From Setoptus koraiensis (Eukaryota; Animalia; Arthropoda), in NCBI GenBank assembly GCA_048013815.1, contig CM106585.1, positions 7,502,001 through 7,566,000 of the forward strand: 64,000 bases of DNA. Direction: 5' to 3'. Shown piece by piece: positions 20,856 through 34,133 of this stretch (positions are counted from its first letter, which is position 1; each line of letters opens with the position of its first letter). The notes beneath the pieces were generated by a model. It made no database searches. It was given only the letters and a program-made list of their open reading frames with translations, and was not told where the DNA came from. The position numbers and the translations under genes were made by a program.

Positions 20856-23800
20856 TCACTGAAATAGACCGGATATAAAGTTACCAGGTCCAGATGGACG
20901 CTGAAAATTTCATCAGAGTTGAGTTTTCAGTTATAGTGTTTGTTTAGTGAGTTGAAATAGATATAGATAGAGATGTAGGTGAAGGTATATAGATACAGGT
21001 AAAGATTTAGATGAAGTTAAAGATATCAGATAGCAAATCAGAAAATTGAGAATGTCATCTGAGGTAACTGCGGTATAATCATGTGCACTCACCTGGTTCT
21101 GAGGGGGTTGTTTCTGCTGTTGCTGATGTTGTTGGTGCAATGGTGGGGCGTGCGGAGGTCTGTGCGTTTGTTGTGGATTTTGAGGACCCATGAGGCCCCT
21201 TTGCTGCAGCTGTTGTTGTTGTTGCTGTTGTTGTGGTGGCGGAGGGCCAGGCCTTCGCTGACCTTGCTGTTGTTGTGTTTGTGAGGATGTCGGAGGTTTC
21301 TGTTGTTGTTGTTGTTGCTGCTGTTGTTGCGGTGGTTGCTGAGAAGGACCTTTTAAAGCAGAGGCAGCCTCCGCAGATTTCATCAATGCAGCTTGCAGGT
21401 CTTCAATTTGTTGGCGCAAATTGAATTTCTCCTCCTCACTTGTTGACAAGATCTTTAATAATCTTTCAAGTTCAGCTTGCGCTTGCTTAAGCTCTTTGCC
21501 AACTCTCTCGAGTTCAACTTTCAACTTAGCTTTATCTTCTTCTAATACTTGAATTTGTTGCTTCAATTGTGTAACTAATTTATTTTGATCGCCTGACTGA
21601 TCTTGTTGTTGCTGTTTCGATGCTGCTTCCAACTCTGACTTCAGTCGTTCAATACCTTTTTCTCGTTCATCCAGTTTTTTCTGGAAAGACTGAAGCTCTG
21701 CATGTTTCTGTTGAAGATGGTGATCAGACTTCTCCTGTTGTTGCTGTAACGAGTTTAGGTCACTCTACATGAAGCGATACAGGATGGATTAGACAATATA
21801 CATTTGATTAGAAATTGTATCACAGAATGATGTATACTACCTATGATCAAAGAAACAAGGGAAAAAATTCATCGAAGGATCAAAACTTGTACGAATATGA
21901 TTAACAAAACAGAAAAATAGAAACGAACCTCTCGTTTCTCTAATTCCAAAATCAATTTCTCTAATTGAGTTTGGAACCTCTCTCGTTCAAGTTCAAAGTT
22001 GGATATTTCTTGCTGTGCCTTCTCTAATTTTTGTCGTAATACTTTAGATGACTGTTGATGTTTGTTGGCCTCTTCCCTTTGAACATCGAGTTCTTTCCTT
22101 AGTTGGTCGACTTGCTCAATAAGTTGATTTAATTTCTGTTGCTGTTCACCTATTTGCTGATCTTGAGTCGGTTTCTTGGATTCTTGAGATTGCTCTCCAG
22201 ACTGATCAACACTTTGCTGCTGTTTTATTATCATCTGTTGTTGTTGGTGACTTTGTTCATTCAACACCTTGTTCCTATCATTCAATTTAATTATCTCGCG
22301 CTTCATATCTTCTGATGTCTTTTGGAAGGCTTTGATAGCCTCGACAGCTTTCTCAAATTTAGATTTCAATTCGGCATTCTCAGTTGTTGCTTGCTTGAGT
22401 TGCTGTTCCATCATTTTGAGAGCCTCTTGCAATTGTTGCAATTGTTCTTTCTGCTGCTGCATCCTCAACTGATATTGCTCGCGTTCCTGGTTAGACATTT
22501 GTTGCTGTTGAAGCTGCTTTTGCTGTTGAAGCTCCTGCTGCTGTTGGGCCCCTTGTTGACGAACTTGTTCGTAAGCAGTTGCTAGTTCTTGCACTTCGAT
22601 CTGCAGTTGATTTCTTTCTTCACTCACTTTCTGCAACTCGTTGGTCGACTTATTCACTATCTCTTGGAGTCTCTTCATCTCATTATGCATTTTATCTAAC
22701 TCTTGTTTGCTGGGCTGAGGAGGACCATGCTGAGATGACTGCTGCTGGGTTTGTTGCTGCTGTTGTTGTTGCTGGACTTGACGTTGTTGTAGTTGCATTT
22801 GTTGATGGATTTCTTTATTTTGCTGTTGCACGGATTTGTTGTCGTTTTCTAATCTACCGATATAATGAGCTGCGTCCTCTAAATCTTGCTTCAGACGTTC
22901 TATTTCCATTTGGAGGCGCTGATTCTCAGCCATCGTCTTTTGGAGATCTGTTTCGGATTTAACTAACATTTGTTTCAATCTAGCAACATCATCGGTCTTA
23001 GCTTGGGGTTGAGGGGATTGTTGGCTCTGCTGAGGTGCGGGTGCATTTGATACGGCTTGTTGAGGAACACCTTTGCTGATCGTCTCTATTTGAAGTTGGA
23101 GCTGTTGAATCTGATTTTGCATTACTTTGGCCTCTTGAGCGAACTGGTCTCGTTCTTTCTGCGCCTTGAGAAGTTCTTGCTGCTTGCGTTCTATCTTGTC
23201 TCGCATTTTCTCAAACTCAATCATACCTCTCTCGACATCTTGCTTCTGTTTGGATTCGGTTTGCTTATACTTTTCAAGTCTCATCTCTGAAGCTTCGAGT
23301 TCGCGGCGTAACAACTCTTTGTCCAACTCGTAGTTCTGTTGTTTTTCTTTGAGTTGTGAAAATTCCTTACGTTGTTGCTGGTATTTTTCTCTGATCGTAT
23401 TCAGTTCTTGACAAACACGTAGGAGTTCCTCATCATGGATTCGTTTAGTTTCCTGTATTGAGGTGGATTGTGTATTTCTAAATCTATCAACCTCTGTTTG
23501 CAATTGTAAGAGTTGTTGCTGCAACCTATCCTTATCTGAAGTTAATTTTTCACAGTCTCCATGAGTTGAATCGTACTTGGCTTGTACTTTTTCTAGTTGC
23601 AATTTAAATCTCTCTAGCTCCATTGTTAACTTTTCTTCGTTAGATTTGGATTTCAAAAGTTGCTGTTGATGTTGCTGCTCACTTTGTTGGAGAGATGATT
23701 TTGAATCTAGCATCATCCTTTCTTTCTCTAACTGAAGTTTGTTAATTTCTCTTTGGTATTGATCCAGCTTGGCTAAGGCCCGTTCTAATTCAGAGGACAT

Positions 23801-26800
23801 CTTGATTATATCATCTTGAGTCTGTTGGCGAGTGCCCTGCGATTGTTGCATTCTTTCACAATCGAATTTCATTCGATCATGCTCAACTTGAAGCTTGTCT
23901 CTTTCACTTTGTAGTTTGCGTGACTCTACCTGAAGTTTCTCATATCTTTCCCGTATAACTTCTAGATCCATTTGACATTTATCGAAATCTACACGAAGTT
24001 TTTCCTCAACATCAGTCAATTTAAGTAATTGTGAATTGGTGCGAGTGTACATATCTTGGATTTTCTCTAACTCCTCTAGAGCACGTTTCAAGTCCTCCTT
24101 AGCTTTCGCACAAATGTTTTGCGATTTTTCCAACTCAATTAGTAATCGTTCGCGCTCCGTTTCTGTTTGGTCAATCTTAGATTCTAGCTTCACTATTTCG
24201 CTCTGGGCACGTTGCAATTTTTCTATGGCCATATTTAACTCAGTTTGTTTGATTTCAAACTCTTCATTTGTTTTATCTGATTGGTGCAACAGCAAATCGT
24301 ATTTTTCTTTCAGTATTCGAACTTCAGTGTGCATCTCATGTTCCGACTTCTCCATAACTTTTTGTTGGCGTTGAAGTCGTTCTCGAAGATCATGCAACTC
24401 GACCTGTTGCATATCCCGTTCTTTGATGTGTTTCTGGATTTGTTGCTGGAGATTTTCAACTCTATCTTTATATACATCGACTTGTTGACTCTGCATATCT
24501 TTGTCTTTGAGATGTTTATCCATTTCTCTTTCTAATCGATCGTATTTATCTCTCAACTTTTCACACTCTTTTGCTGACATATCTTTATCTTGTTGCAGGC
24601 GATGCTGCTGAATTTGAGAAGATTGTAATTGCATCTCAATAGATTTCAACTCGTGATTAATTCTATCGCGCTCAGTTTGGTGATGTCTCAGTTCATCATT
24701 TGATTTCTCGAACCTCTCCTCGAGCCTTTTATATTCGTTTTGGGTCCTTTCGAGTTGCGTCTGAATCTTTTCCAATTGAATATGGTTCTTATTTAAATTA
24801 GTTTGTAGTCTCTCTATGTCCGATTTCAATTGGTTATTATCCGCCAGTGCGCTATCTCTCTCGGTTTGAGACCTGTTGATGAGTGCTTGTTGTCTCTCAT
24901 ATTCTTCTTGAAGGGCTTCACGCTCGCTTGTTGCATTTTCTAAGCGAGCTTTTAATCGATAAATTTCATTCTGTGAACGCTCAAACTTTTCTGACAATTG
25001 ATCTAATTCGGTTTGCGCTCTGTCACGTTCAGTTTGATTCATGCGCATCTCAGCTTGAGCCCGACGAAGCTCCTGTTTCTGTTTGTCCATCAACTCTTGC
25101 AGCCTCTCCATCTCAGCTGCATTGTCACTGCTGAGACCTCCAGTCGAACGTAGACCTAGACTGCTTGCGCTTCGTTCACCTGCGACATTTTTGGGGGGGT
25201 CGTAGGGTGAAGGAGCCAGGCGTTGTGCTCTTTCGAGTTTCTCTTTCATCCTTTCTAGTTCTGATTGAAGGGATCGTTTATCTTGCTCCAATTTTTCAAT
25301 TATGACCTCGTTAGCTGCTGCCGATGATGAGTTTCTATCACCGTATCTATCTAGAGAAAGTGATAATGCTGAGTGTCCACGCTGTAACGAAGATGAAGAG
25401 TATGGTTCATATTTCATTTCAAGTCGTTGTTTTTCGTTGCACACTTTTTCGTAGCGAACCTGTTTAATAATATAAGACAATGGTTAGCATGTTTGATGAT
25501 GGTTTTACCATTTTTAATGAAGCATGGTTGTTCGTGCATTCCAAATAATAAGTAAACTAAACTATTTGATGGTTCCAAAGAATTGGATCGTGACGGGGCT
25601 CTAGAATATCTCGTGTGGTGGGCACACAAAAAGGTGTCGCTTGCAATAAAAATAAATGAACTTGAAGGTGCTTTGAAGGAAGTGTCTTGCTAGGATAACA
25701 AATAAATGTAATAGTTCGGGTGGTTTTCGGGATGCACAACATAATGGTGGCCAAAATTAAACTAATAACTTTGGTCTCGCTCGCTTATGGTCGGGTGAAT
25801 ATTCTCGGGGAAGGGAAAATGGGAAGGAATTTCGGAAGCATGCAAATCAAAAGAAACAAAAATACATTTTTACATAATACTAACCTGAATCTTGTCTAAA
25901 TCTGACTTTAGTGAATGCAATTTCATTTTGTATTCGGCGATATTTCTTTCATGAGAGTCCTTCTCTTCGTTAAGCTCATGCTCGGCTCTATCTCGTTGAT
26001 CTCTAAGTATGCTAATTTGTTTTTCTTTATCACCCAGAGTGTCTTCCATCAATGAGGTCGAATGATGCGAATGATGATCATTCATAAGCAGTAAATTATT
26101 GCCAGTGTTTGTTTGTCCAGACGATGTATTAAATTGATTATTGTGATGTTGCATTGAATGATGCGACGCCGATTGATATTGTTGCGACGACGAATTGGCC
26201 AAACGCGATCTTGTTATCTCTAATTCGTTGTCTTTTTCCATTAGAACACTGTCTAAGTTCTCAATTTTGCGTTGCAACACACTAATCTTTTGGTCTTTGA
26301 CCTCGATGAGATCCCTCAAGTCTTGCAACTCGTGACTAATCTTGTTCCTGTCCAAGCTAGAGGCTCGTGTTTGTTGTGATTTCTTTTCAATTAATTTGTT
26401 TCGTTCCTCTAGTCTATTGCGCAATTCTTCAACATCGGCTTGCAACAACGAATAGTGTTCCTCTTTGGCCACCAGTGACTCTTTCAGCACACCAATGTGG
26501 CGTTGATAGTCCTGATGCTGCTCCTCGAGAGTCTTCATTTTGGCGCTCATGGCCAAAAACTCTTGGTCGCGTTTCGACAACTTCATGCGCAACTCCTCCA
26601 TCTAGAGACGGCGGCCGGAAGTGGGCGTATTCACAGAATAGAATTTTTGAGAGATTATTGTTAGTCACAACACAGAATAGCGAGAGGGGCAGAGAGAGAG
26701 AGAGAGAGAGAGAGCAACGAGTTGGCGATCTGCGCATTTGTTCGACTCGGGCAAATGAGCAAACGAAACAAACAGTCACCTTTATGATGTCCTTCTCCTT

Positions 26801-29180
26801 GCTTTCGATGATCGATTCAAAATGGCGCAGTCTCGCCTCCAGTTCAATGTTGCGCGTTTTGATGCGATCCATCTCGATGCGTTCGTCGTCGAACAATTTC
26901 TTGGCCATTCCCTTGTTGTTCATCATGTCCATCATCTTTTTAATGGAATCGTCGCGCGCCGCCAGAGTCTGTTTCTGTGTCTCTAGGCGCATCTCCAGCT
27001 CTCTGATGGTGTCGCGCAACATGCAGTTCTCCTTGAACAGGCTCTCCTTCTCTTGGCACAACAGATCGATGTGACGCTGAATGTCCTGAATAGCGCGCAC
27101 GTGTCCCATTTTGAGTGATATCACCAGATTTAGTGGCGCAGACAAAGAGCAAAGTTGTTAGTTGGTTAGTTGTTGCTACACAACTACATATGCAACTATG
27201 CGACACACTTTTGTGCTCGCAAGCGAGTGTGACCGGGCCAGAGTTGGCAAAGTTCGGCAACAATTATACGCCATTAGCGACAAATATACTCACTTGGTCG
27301 GCATGTCTGACGCGCAACTCATGCGCCAACCTAAGCTCCTCCTCCATCTGTTGAATGAGCGTCGCTTGTTTCTGCGCGCCGCGCACCAAACAACCACACG
27401 CCAAACGAGCCAGTGAGCCCAGTGAGCCAATTGAACCAAATCCAAAGCCAAAGCCAGAGCCGAGGGCCACAGGGCAACCGGCAGCAGTTGTTGGGCAGCG
27501 GCAGCAGCGATGGTTCGATCGATGGTTTTGTCAATGTGTCCAAATGTGTTTTTTGTGTGTCCGTTTGCGCAGATGATGCACGCGCGAATATGCACCATGT
27601 CAACAGTAGGATGAATGGGTACAGGTTATGAAGAAGGTCATGGCGAAGAGGAAAGAGAGTGTGCGTTAGATACGGCAGATGGCAAATGTACGTGCTGGTT
27701 CATCTATATTTTGCGCGTGACACACACACACACACACACACACACACTGACACACACAAGGTGCACGAGTGTTATTGTCGTGGCCCGCGGTGCACTCTTA
27801 TAATATGTGTTGTGATAAACGACCAACCGGATCCCCGGCAGTAGCCGTCCGATCTGTTGCTCCGGCAGCGAGCAGCCGATCAAACGCAAGCTGCAACTTT
27901 GTTGTTGTTTGTCAACCGGGCCCCAGTGTCAGCTGCTGCTCAATTGGCGTTGAGCGTGTTGAGCGGCACACTGATTGAGGGGCCCTGGACGCGGGCCACA
28001 TTGCAACACACTGATGGCTGGTGCTGGTGCGCTGGTCAGCACAACTTACCTGATTTTCGACGCGCATTATCTTGAGTTGGTCGTTCAACAGGGCAAATTT
28101 GGTTGTTTCCTCTTTGCGTAAGGCGCGCTCCTTTTTCAGCTCAGGACTCCAGAATGTCTTAATGGAATGCATAGATGAGCCCAGTTTTTGCGTTACAGCA
28201 TCCAGTTCGTGCTTTACTTGGGCATATTGATTTTGCAGCACTTGTATGCGAGATTGTAGCTCGAATGTAGACGACGAGCCGCCTGGCAGTCCGACGCCGC
28301 CCATGCCCATGTTGGCGCTGTTAGACAGTTGACTTTGGTGACGCGACGGCGATATGTGATGCGATTGCTGCGATGGCATTGTAGACGATGATAATGAAAG
28401 ATCGTGATTGACTAACGAGTGTTGCTGTTGATGATGTTGCTGCTGCTGCTGCTGGTGCGACATCATCGACATCGACGGGTGCTGCTGCTGCTGCTGATGA
28501 TGATGCTGTTGTTGTTGTTGATGGTGATGATGATGATGAGATGGATTGGGCAACGTACTAGTGCTACCAATGGCGTTGTGATGCATCCCGGACGACGAGC
28601 TCATATAATGATAACCGGGTACATTGTTGCATGGACAGCCTACGCCTAGACAGGGACCGTTTGGTTCGCCAGGCACACCGGACGGGCCAGCCAAATTCAT
28701 TGGATTCGTTTGGCTTCTGTGATGGCCAGCACTGGAGCCACTGGGGCCCATTAACGTCGAGCTACCGTATTGGGCGCCACCGGCGGACAGTGGAGCGCTG
28801 TTCATGGCATCGTCCATGAGCATTTGTTGGCTGGTTGAATTTTGGTTTGCGCTTGAGCCGCTCTGGTAATAGCCGTTGTTGGTTACATTGGATTGCATTT
28901 GATTACTATTGTGATGATGATGATGCATTTGATTGGATGTGTGCAGAGCACCGCTAGAGCCGACGACACCGTGCGACGATTGATTCAACGACGACGAAGC
29001 GCCCCCAGCAGACGAATAGGGTATGCTGGCCAGTGATCCATGGTGCGTTGGCTGGTTCTGATGATGCGACATGGACATTGATGAGCCGGCTGGCATGTGA
29101 TACGAAGATGATTGCATGCTGGGATTCGAGTGATGGTGCGATCTAATTTGATGATGGTGATGATGATGAGATTGGTGCAT
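20856..29180 (-). CDS. brp: Bruchpilot / ERC-CAST active-zone scaffold, about 2159 aa; exons 28050..29180, 27294..27371, 26780..27085, 25885..26601, 21929..25459, 21093..21764, 20856..20900
   Basis: CAST signature SSMHSIKTFWSPELKKERALRKEE; ERC segments (DTIRELEMRLETQKQTLAARDDSIKK, EQHQDYQRHIGVLKESL); very long coiled coil; Q-rich tail; last exon RPSGPGNFISGLFQ* resembles the Brp C-terminus. All six introns are GT..AG and phase 0. Confidence 0.9.
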
Positions 29181-32100
29181 CGCTCAATCTAGCTCAAGCC
29201 AGCCCAAGCAGCCACAACCACAAGCAGCGAGCAACTGTAGTGTGCGTAGTGTCAGTTGTGTGTGTGTGTGTGCGCGTAGCTATACTGGGCCCTAGGTATG
29301 CTCTACTCTGGGTCCGTTATCTGTAGGTGTGCTAGACTGTGGATGAGTATTATGTGTGCTTGTTTGCGGATTTGTTGTTGGCGTTGTTGTCGCCGTTGTT
29401 GTTGCCGTTTTCGTTGTCGGACGCTAGCGATGGTCACAGGCGCTATGCTAATGCCGTGTGTGTGTGTGTGTGTGTGTGTACAATAAATAAAAACAATTGA
29501 TTATTGTGCTGTTGTGATAGCGCTGACCATGACCTGGGCTAGCTTCGCAATGCGTGATGCGGTGCGCAATAATAATCAATGGCGGCGATGAAGGGTGCAA
29601 TTGTCAATTGAGGGGCATGCAACACACAGGGGCCTCGCAATTGATATTCATGCTATGCGCTGATGCTGTCGATGCTGTCGATGCTGTCGATGATGTCGAC
29701 GATGTCGATGCTGTCGATGATGTTTATGATGTTTATGTTTATGGCCACTACTAATGTTTGCCTGGCTGACCATTACACATTAAACAGTGGTTGCCAGTGT
29801 TTAAACGCTCAAATGGCACACACCATCACCTTACGCATAACCATTTGTGACGATGTGGGCCGCTGCCAATCGGGGGGATCGCTGCTCGCTGCTCGCTGAA
29901 AAGATTACAGCCAGCTCCAGTCAATTAAATGGCCTCACATATATAAATATATATATATCTACACGTATATATATATCCGAACCTGCGCGTGTGTGTGTGT
30001 GTGTGTGTTCAACAGACTGTGTTGTGTGTGTTGTGTGTGTGGCAAGCAGCGTTTGTCTCCATTGGCGCTTTTGCTGCTGCTGTTGGTGCCAGCACTACTT
30101 GTAATGGGTCGTGTTGTCGTTGTTGCTCACGAATATATCGCCAGCTATCTTCGCGCTGCTGCTGCTGCTGCCACTAGACGCTGCTCGCGAGCTAGGCGCC
30201 CATCTATTTATCAGCGATGGTCCTCACTTGTGTGTGTGTGTGTGTGTGTGTTCCACTTGTGTATTGTATTGTGTCGCTTGATGGCTTGCTTGCCAGTGAC
30301 CGTCTGCGCTGCTTGTGTGTGTGTGTGTGTGTGTGTGTGTTGTGCGCCTCTCAGTGCCGATGCTTGGAGGCTCATCTGGTTCAACTCGATAAACAAGGCG
30401 CCAGATAGTTTCAACGAGATCGCTGCTGCTGTCTTTGTGGTGCTGCTGCCGCTGGCCACTATAACTGCACATCTAGCTGAATTATGTGTGCGGCGGGCTA
30501 TACTTTTGCTTTTGTTATTGCGCTGCTACTTCTACTTTTACTTGACTTGCTTTGGGTGAAAATAAATAATTCCTAGCTCGCCCACTTCCACGCTAGGTCA
30601 TCTGCTGCGCGCGCGTTATGCCTCTCGCTATGCTGTTCGCGTTGGTTGTTGGGTGCGCGTCGTTCGGTGTCGGTCGGTCGTTCGCCGTTGCTCGTTCGCC
30701 GTTGCTCGTTCGCCGTTGCTCGTTCCTCGCCGTCGCTTGTTCGTGCGCTGTACGCGTGCTCTAAAGTGGCACACACGCACGCACACACACACACACTGCT
30801 CCGCTATTACGCGCGCGTGTTACGTAACTTGGCAGGCTGGCAATTTCGCTGGCCCCACTGCCTGTCGCTGCCCCTTAACTGGTGGACGCTGGCGCTGGTT
30901 GGCGCTGGCTAGCCAACAATGGCGAGCTGTAGGAATATTTGGGCGTGTAGAGCGCGTGCGTTACTGCCAACGTAAATTGTCTGTGTGTGTGTGTGTGCGT
31001 TGGTAGAAGAGCGAAACGGGAATGAGAGCGACTGACCCAGTCTAATAATATCTGATCGGCACACACACATTACTGTTCGGGCCCCCCGCCCCAGAATGCA
31101 CCCCGGTCGGTCGGTCGGGCCGGCCGGCCGCTTGCCCGTCAATTCGTTGTGCAAACACACCCTCATACTATGCTGCCAGTATGGCAACTAAACGCTCGTG
31201 TGCACCAGCGACAATGGGCATCGAGAAATACAACTAATGTCATCTGACGCCGCCGCTCCACAGCGCTACTGCTGCTGCCGCTGGCTGGCTGGCTGGCGGT
31301 GCAGATGTCGTGCAGATGCGCTTCGCGTGCATATACATTTATATATAAATAATTCAGCCGGGTACGTGCTCTGAAAGTGCCCCCCCCCCGCGAGCGCAAC
31401 TGCTGCCGTGCCCATGGCGCATGCCCGTGTCAGCCCAAAGCCAGTGTGGCCCCGCGGTTGGCCCGATGGTGCAGCGGCTCGCAAAGTATTGCTGCTCTTG
31501 TTTCGTATCTGGATATTAATCGACGGCGCGAACAATGCACCAGCGCACTGCACCAGCGACGGGCCAACCAGCCGATGCGCCAATGCGCCAAACTGCCGAT
31601 GCACCATTGCACCATCGCACCAATGCGCCGGAACAAGCGAGTGTGTGATACTATTACAGTGAGAGACAGAGATTACTATACACTGGCAGCAGCATTTCAT
31701 TGATGCGCGCCCCTTTGCTGCTAGCACCAGCACTAGCGTCACTGTGGCCCAGTTGATGTTGACTCTGTCAACGGCACGCCATTCATGCTGTTTGGCCCAC
31801 TGGCATCGCTGCATTTATACGCAACTGTATTCTAGGATTGTCCGCCGGCCCTATGATTGGTGCTGTTGTTGTTGTTGCTGCTGCTGCTGCTCGTCGAAAG
31901 TAACAACGACTGCCGGACAGTGCGTGCCTGTGTGTGTGTGTGTGTGACACAAGGAAGACAGGATGTGGTGATGGTCATTGCACTGCTCGCCAGTGACACA
32001 CTACATGCAAATGGAGCAGTAGATGATACGTGAAACAACAACAGATGCCAGTGCCAACGCCGATGCAAATGCAAGTGCAAATTCAAATTCGAATGCAAAT

Positions 32101-32270
32101 GGTGCAAGCAGCCTCCAGTTGGCACTGCACAGCGAATTTGGATACTGGACATGGGCTCTTTCATCGATTCTTTATGGCCTCTACCAACAATAACCGCAGC
32201 TATAGCTAACTGTTTGCTGGCTCGCACTGTCCGGCAACACGCACACACACACACACACTGTGTGACAGCG
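26680..32270. repeat. Microsatellite-dense, GC-richer zone: many (CA/TG)n, (GA)n and (CTG/TTG)n tracts, a 9-bp repeat near 29664 and a 14-bp repeat at 30679..30725
   Basis: Directly visible tracts, e.g. (GA)n about 26690, (CA)n 27720-27757, (TG)n about 29455, 29990, 30230, 30316; (gatgctgtc)n; (cgttcgccgttgct)x3. Confidence 0.9.
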
Positions 32271-33093
32271 AGCGGACATAACAATGCCAACAACCATTCA
32301 TCATGTTCTACTTTTTTACAACCAGTACGGATACACACATCAATCCGTGTAGCGGGTCCACTTGATAGCTTGCTCTCTGTTTAGATACACCCTCCAGCAC
32401 CGGATGCCGGAAAGATGCTCTCTAATAGATATTGTTATACTTCTCACGTGTATTTTCTCACGTTGCTACTTTGCGAGCAGGCCAATCTGCGCTACTTAAA
32501 TAATCTCAACACATTCCCACAAAACAATCTATTTTCTTTTCTTTTATCATCGTGGTGCCATCAACCTGTTGCAAACAAACTCCGTCTATCTTATCACTCT
32601 ATTTATTCGTCAACATATAAACAATTCATCGCCATAGCTCTACTTTGGCTTGCTTGTTTTATACCTGTATTTGTGCTCATTTTGGGCCAACCATGCCGGG
32701 AATGAACGATCCTGAAATTGTCTTACATGGGACCCAGAATGACGAAGATGAGCACATGTATTGTTTGGTTTTGTTCAGTTCAGTCGAGTCAGATATTTGA
32801 TGGGCCCCTTTCACTTTTATGCGTAATCCACCTGAGTCGCACAAATCCTAGTGATATAAAATTCACATCTATATACATACATCGGTGTCTGATCTGTTGT
32901 AGCTATTATCCACTTGTGTTCGATACGTTTGGACGCCGAAAGAGAAACGACATTGATAAACATGACCAAGAAAAGATTAGTATAATTCGTAGCGAATTTC
33001 TTGCAGATCGGAATCATTGCTTGAAATTCTAATTTAATTTATTCTTTTTTTTGTATCAATTACTTTATAACAGGTAACAATTGAATTAATTAA

Positions 33094-33654
33094 TTAATTA
33101 ATCTCGGGCTTGAACGATATATCGCCAGATATGGCCCTCTCTCTCCATAGTAGTCTGGTATGCTGCAATTGTTGTTTTCTCTCTTGCCAGGATTGTAGTT
33201 CGGCCTGGGCCTTTTCGAGTCTTTCCTGATTGCCCTCATTCCGGGCCAATCTAAATTCTTTCCTGTACATCTCGTCTAGCAGACCAATGCGAACAAATAG
33301 CGGTATTGGATCTTTGTCCAACGGATTTTTCACAGCAGGATCAAAGGGACAATTCTTTTTTATATACTCTATATGACCAGTTTTGTAGGCAATTAAATCC
33401 TTCAAATACTCCACCCTATTTTCGTATTCTATCTGTGCCTCTTCATCTTGGGCCACTCGTTCCTGGAGTGTTTCTTCTAGCATCCTCTGAGAATATTGCG
33501 CACTATTGTACAAAGTTACTGCTCTAGTTACTGTTTCCTTGTCACATTGCGAAAATTCATTCAAGTCTAAAGAAGCTTCCATAGCAGCTATCTTCATAGG
33601 ACTCACACAAATGACAGCTACGATCAGAACTAGAAATACAGTTATTGATTTCAT
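33094..33654 (-). CDS. Small predicted secreted orphan protein, 186 aa, single exon
   Basis: N-terminal signal peptide-like MKSITVFLVLIVAVICVSP; charged helical body; flanked by AT-rich non-coding DNA. Confidence 0.75.
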   Translation of the reverse strand: MKSITVFLVLIVAVICVSPMKIAAMEASLDLNEFSQCDKETVTRAVTLYNSAQYSQRMLEETLQERVAQDEEAQIEYENRVEYLKDLIAYKTGHIEYIKKNCPFDPAVKNPLDKDPIPLFVRIGLLDEMYRKEFRLARNEGNQERLEKAQAELQSWQERKQQLQHTRLLWRERAISGDISFKPEIN

Positions 33655-34133
33655 TGTGATTGATGTAATTAATTGACAAATAATTGTTGTACAAATAATG
33701 TGAACTAGATAACTAGATAACCAACTTGTTAATTCAGCTATGGATATCTATAAATTCGAATATTCGCTTGAACAGCGGTAGATAAAGACCCAGCGAGCTA
33801 ATAATAGTCGTACCTGTTGATAATGAAGATATCACAAAGGCAAGCGTGTGTGTTAGTGAGCAACTTGCCGAGGAATAGTTTATCACATGATGTTGTATGA
33901 CTAGTATATCATACAAAACATCTTCGCTGATTTCGAATAGCGAGTACATTTGGAATGAACTATTTATGGAATAAATCTAGACTGTGGCATGGAAATGGAA
34001 TATTCATTGTATTAGTGTACTTACGATTCACAAGATTCAACTAGGTAGGTAGCCAGATTATCAAATTGTGTATTTAAAAAACCGGTTATCAAGAATAGCA
34101 CAATCTTTCGATTTTCGGGATTTTGTAGGTATG

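Noticed and set aside
27260-32400. Dozens of 60-190-aa ORFs on both strands
   Set aside because: Products of CA/TG and CTG repeats (VCVCVC, THTHTH) or antisense shadows of brp exons.
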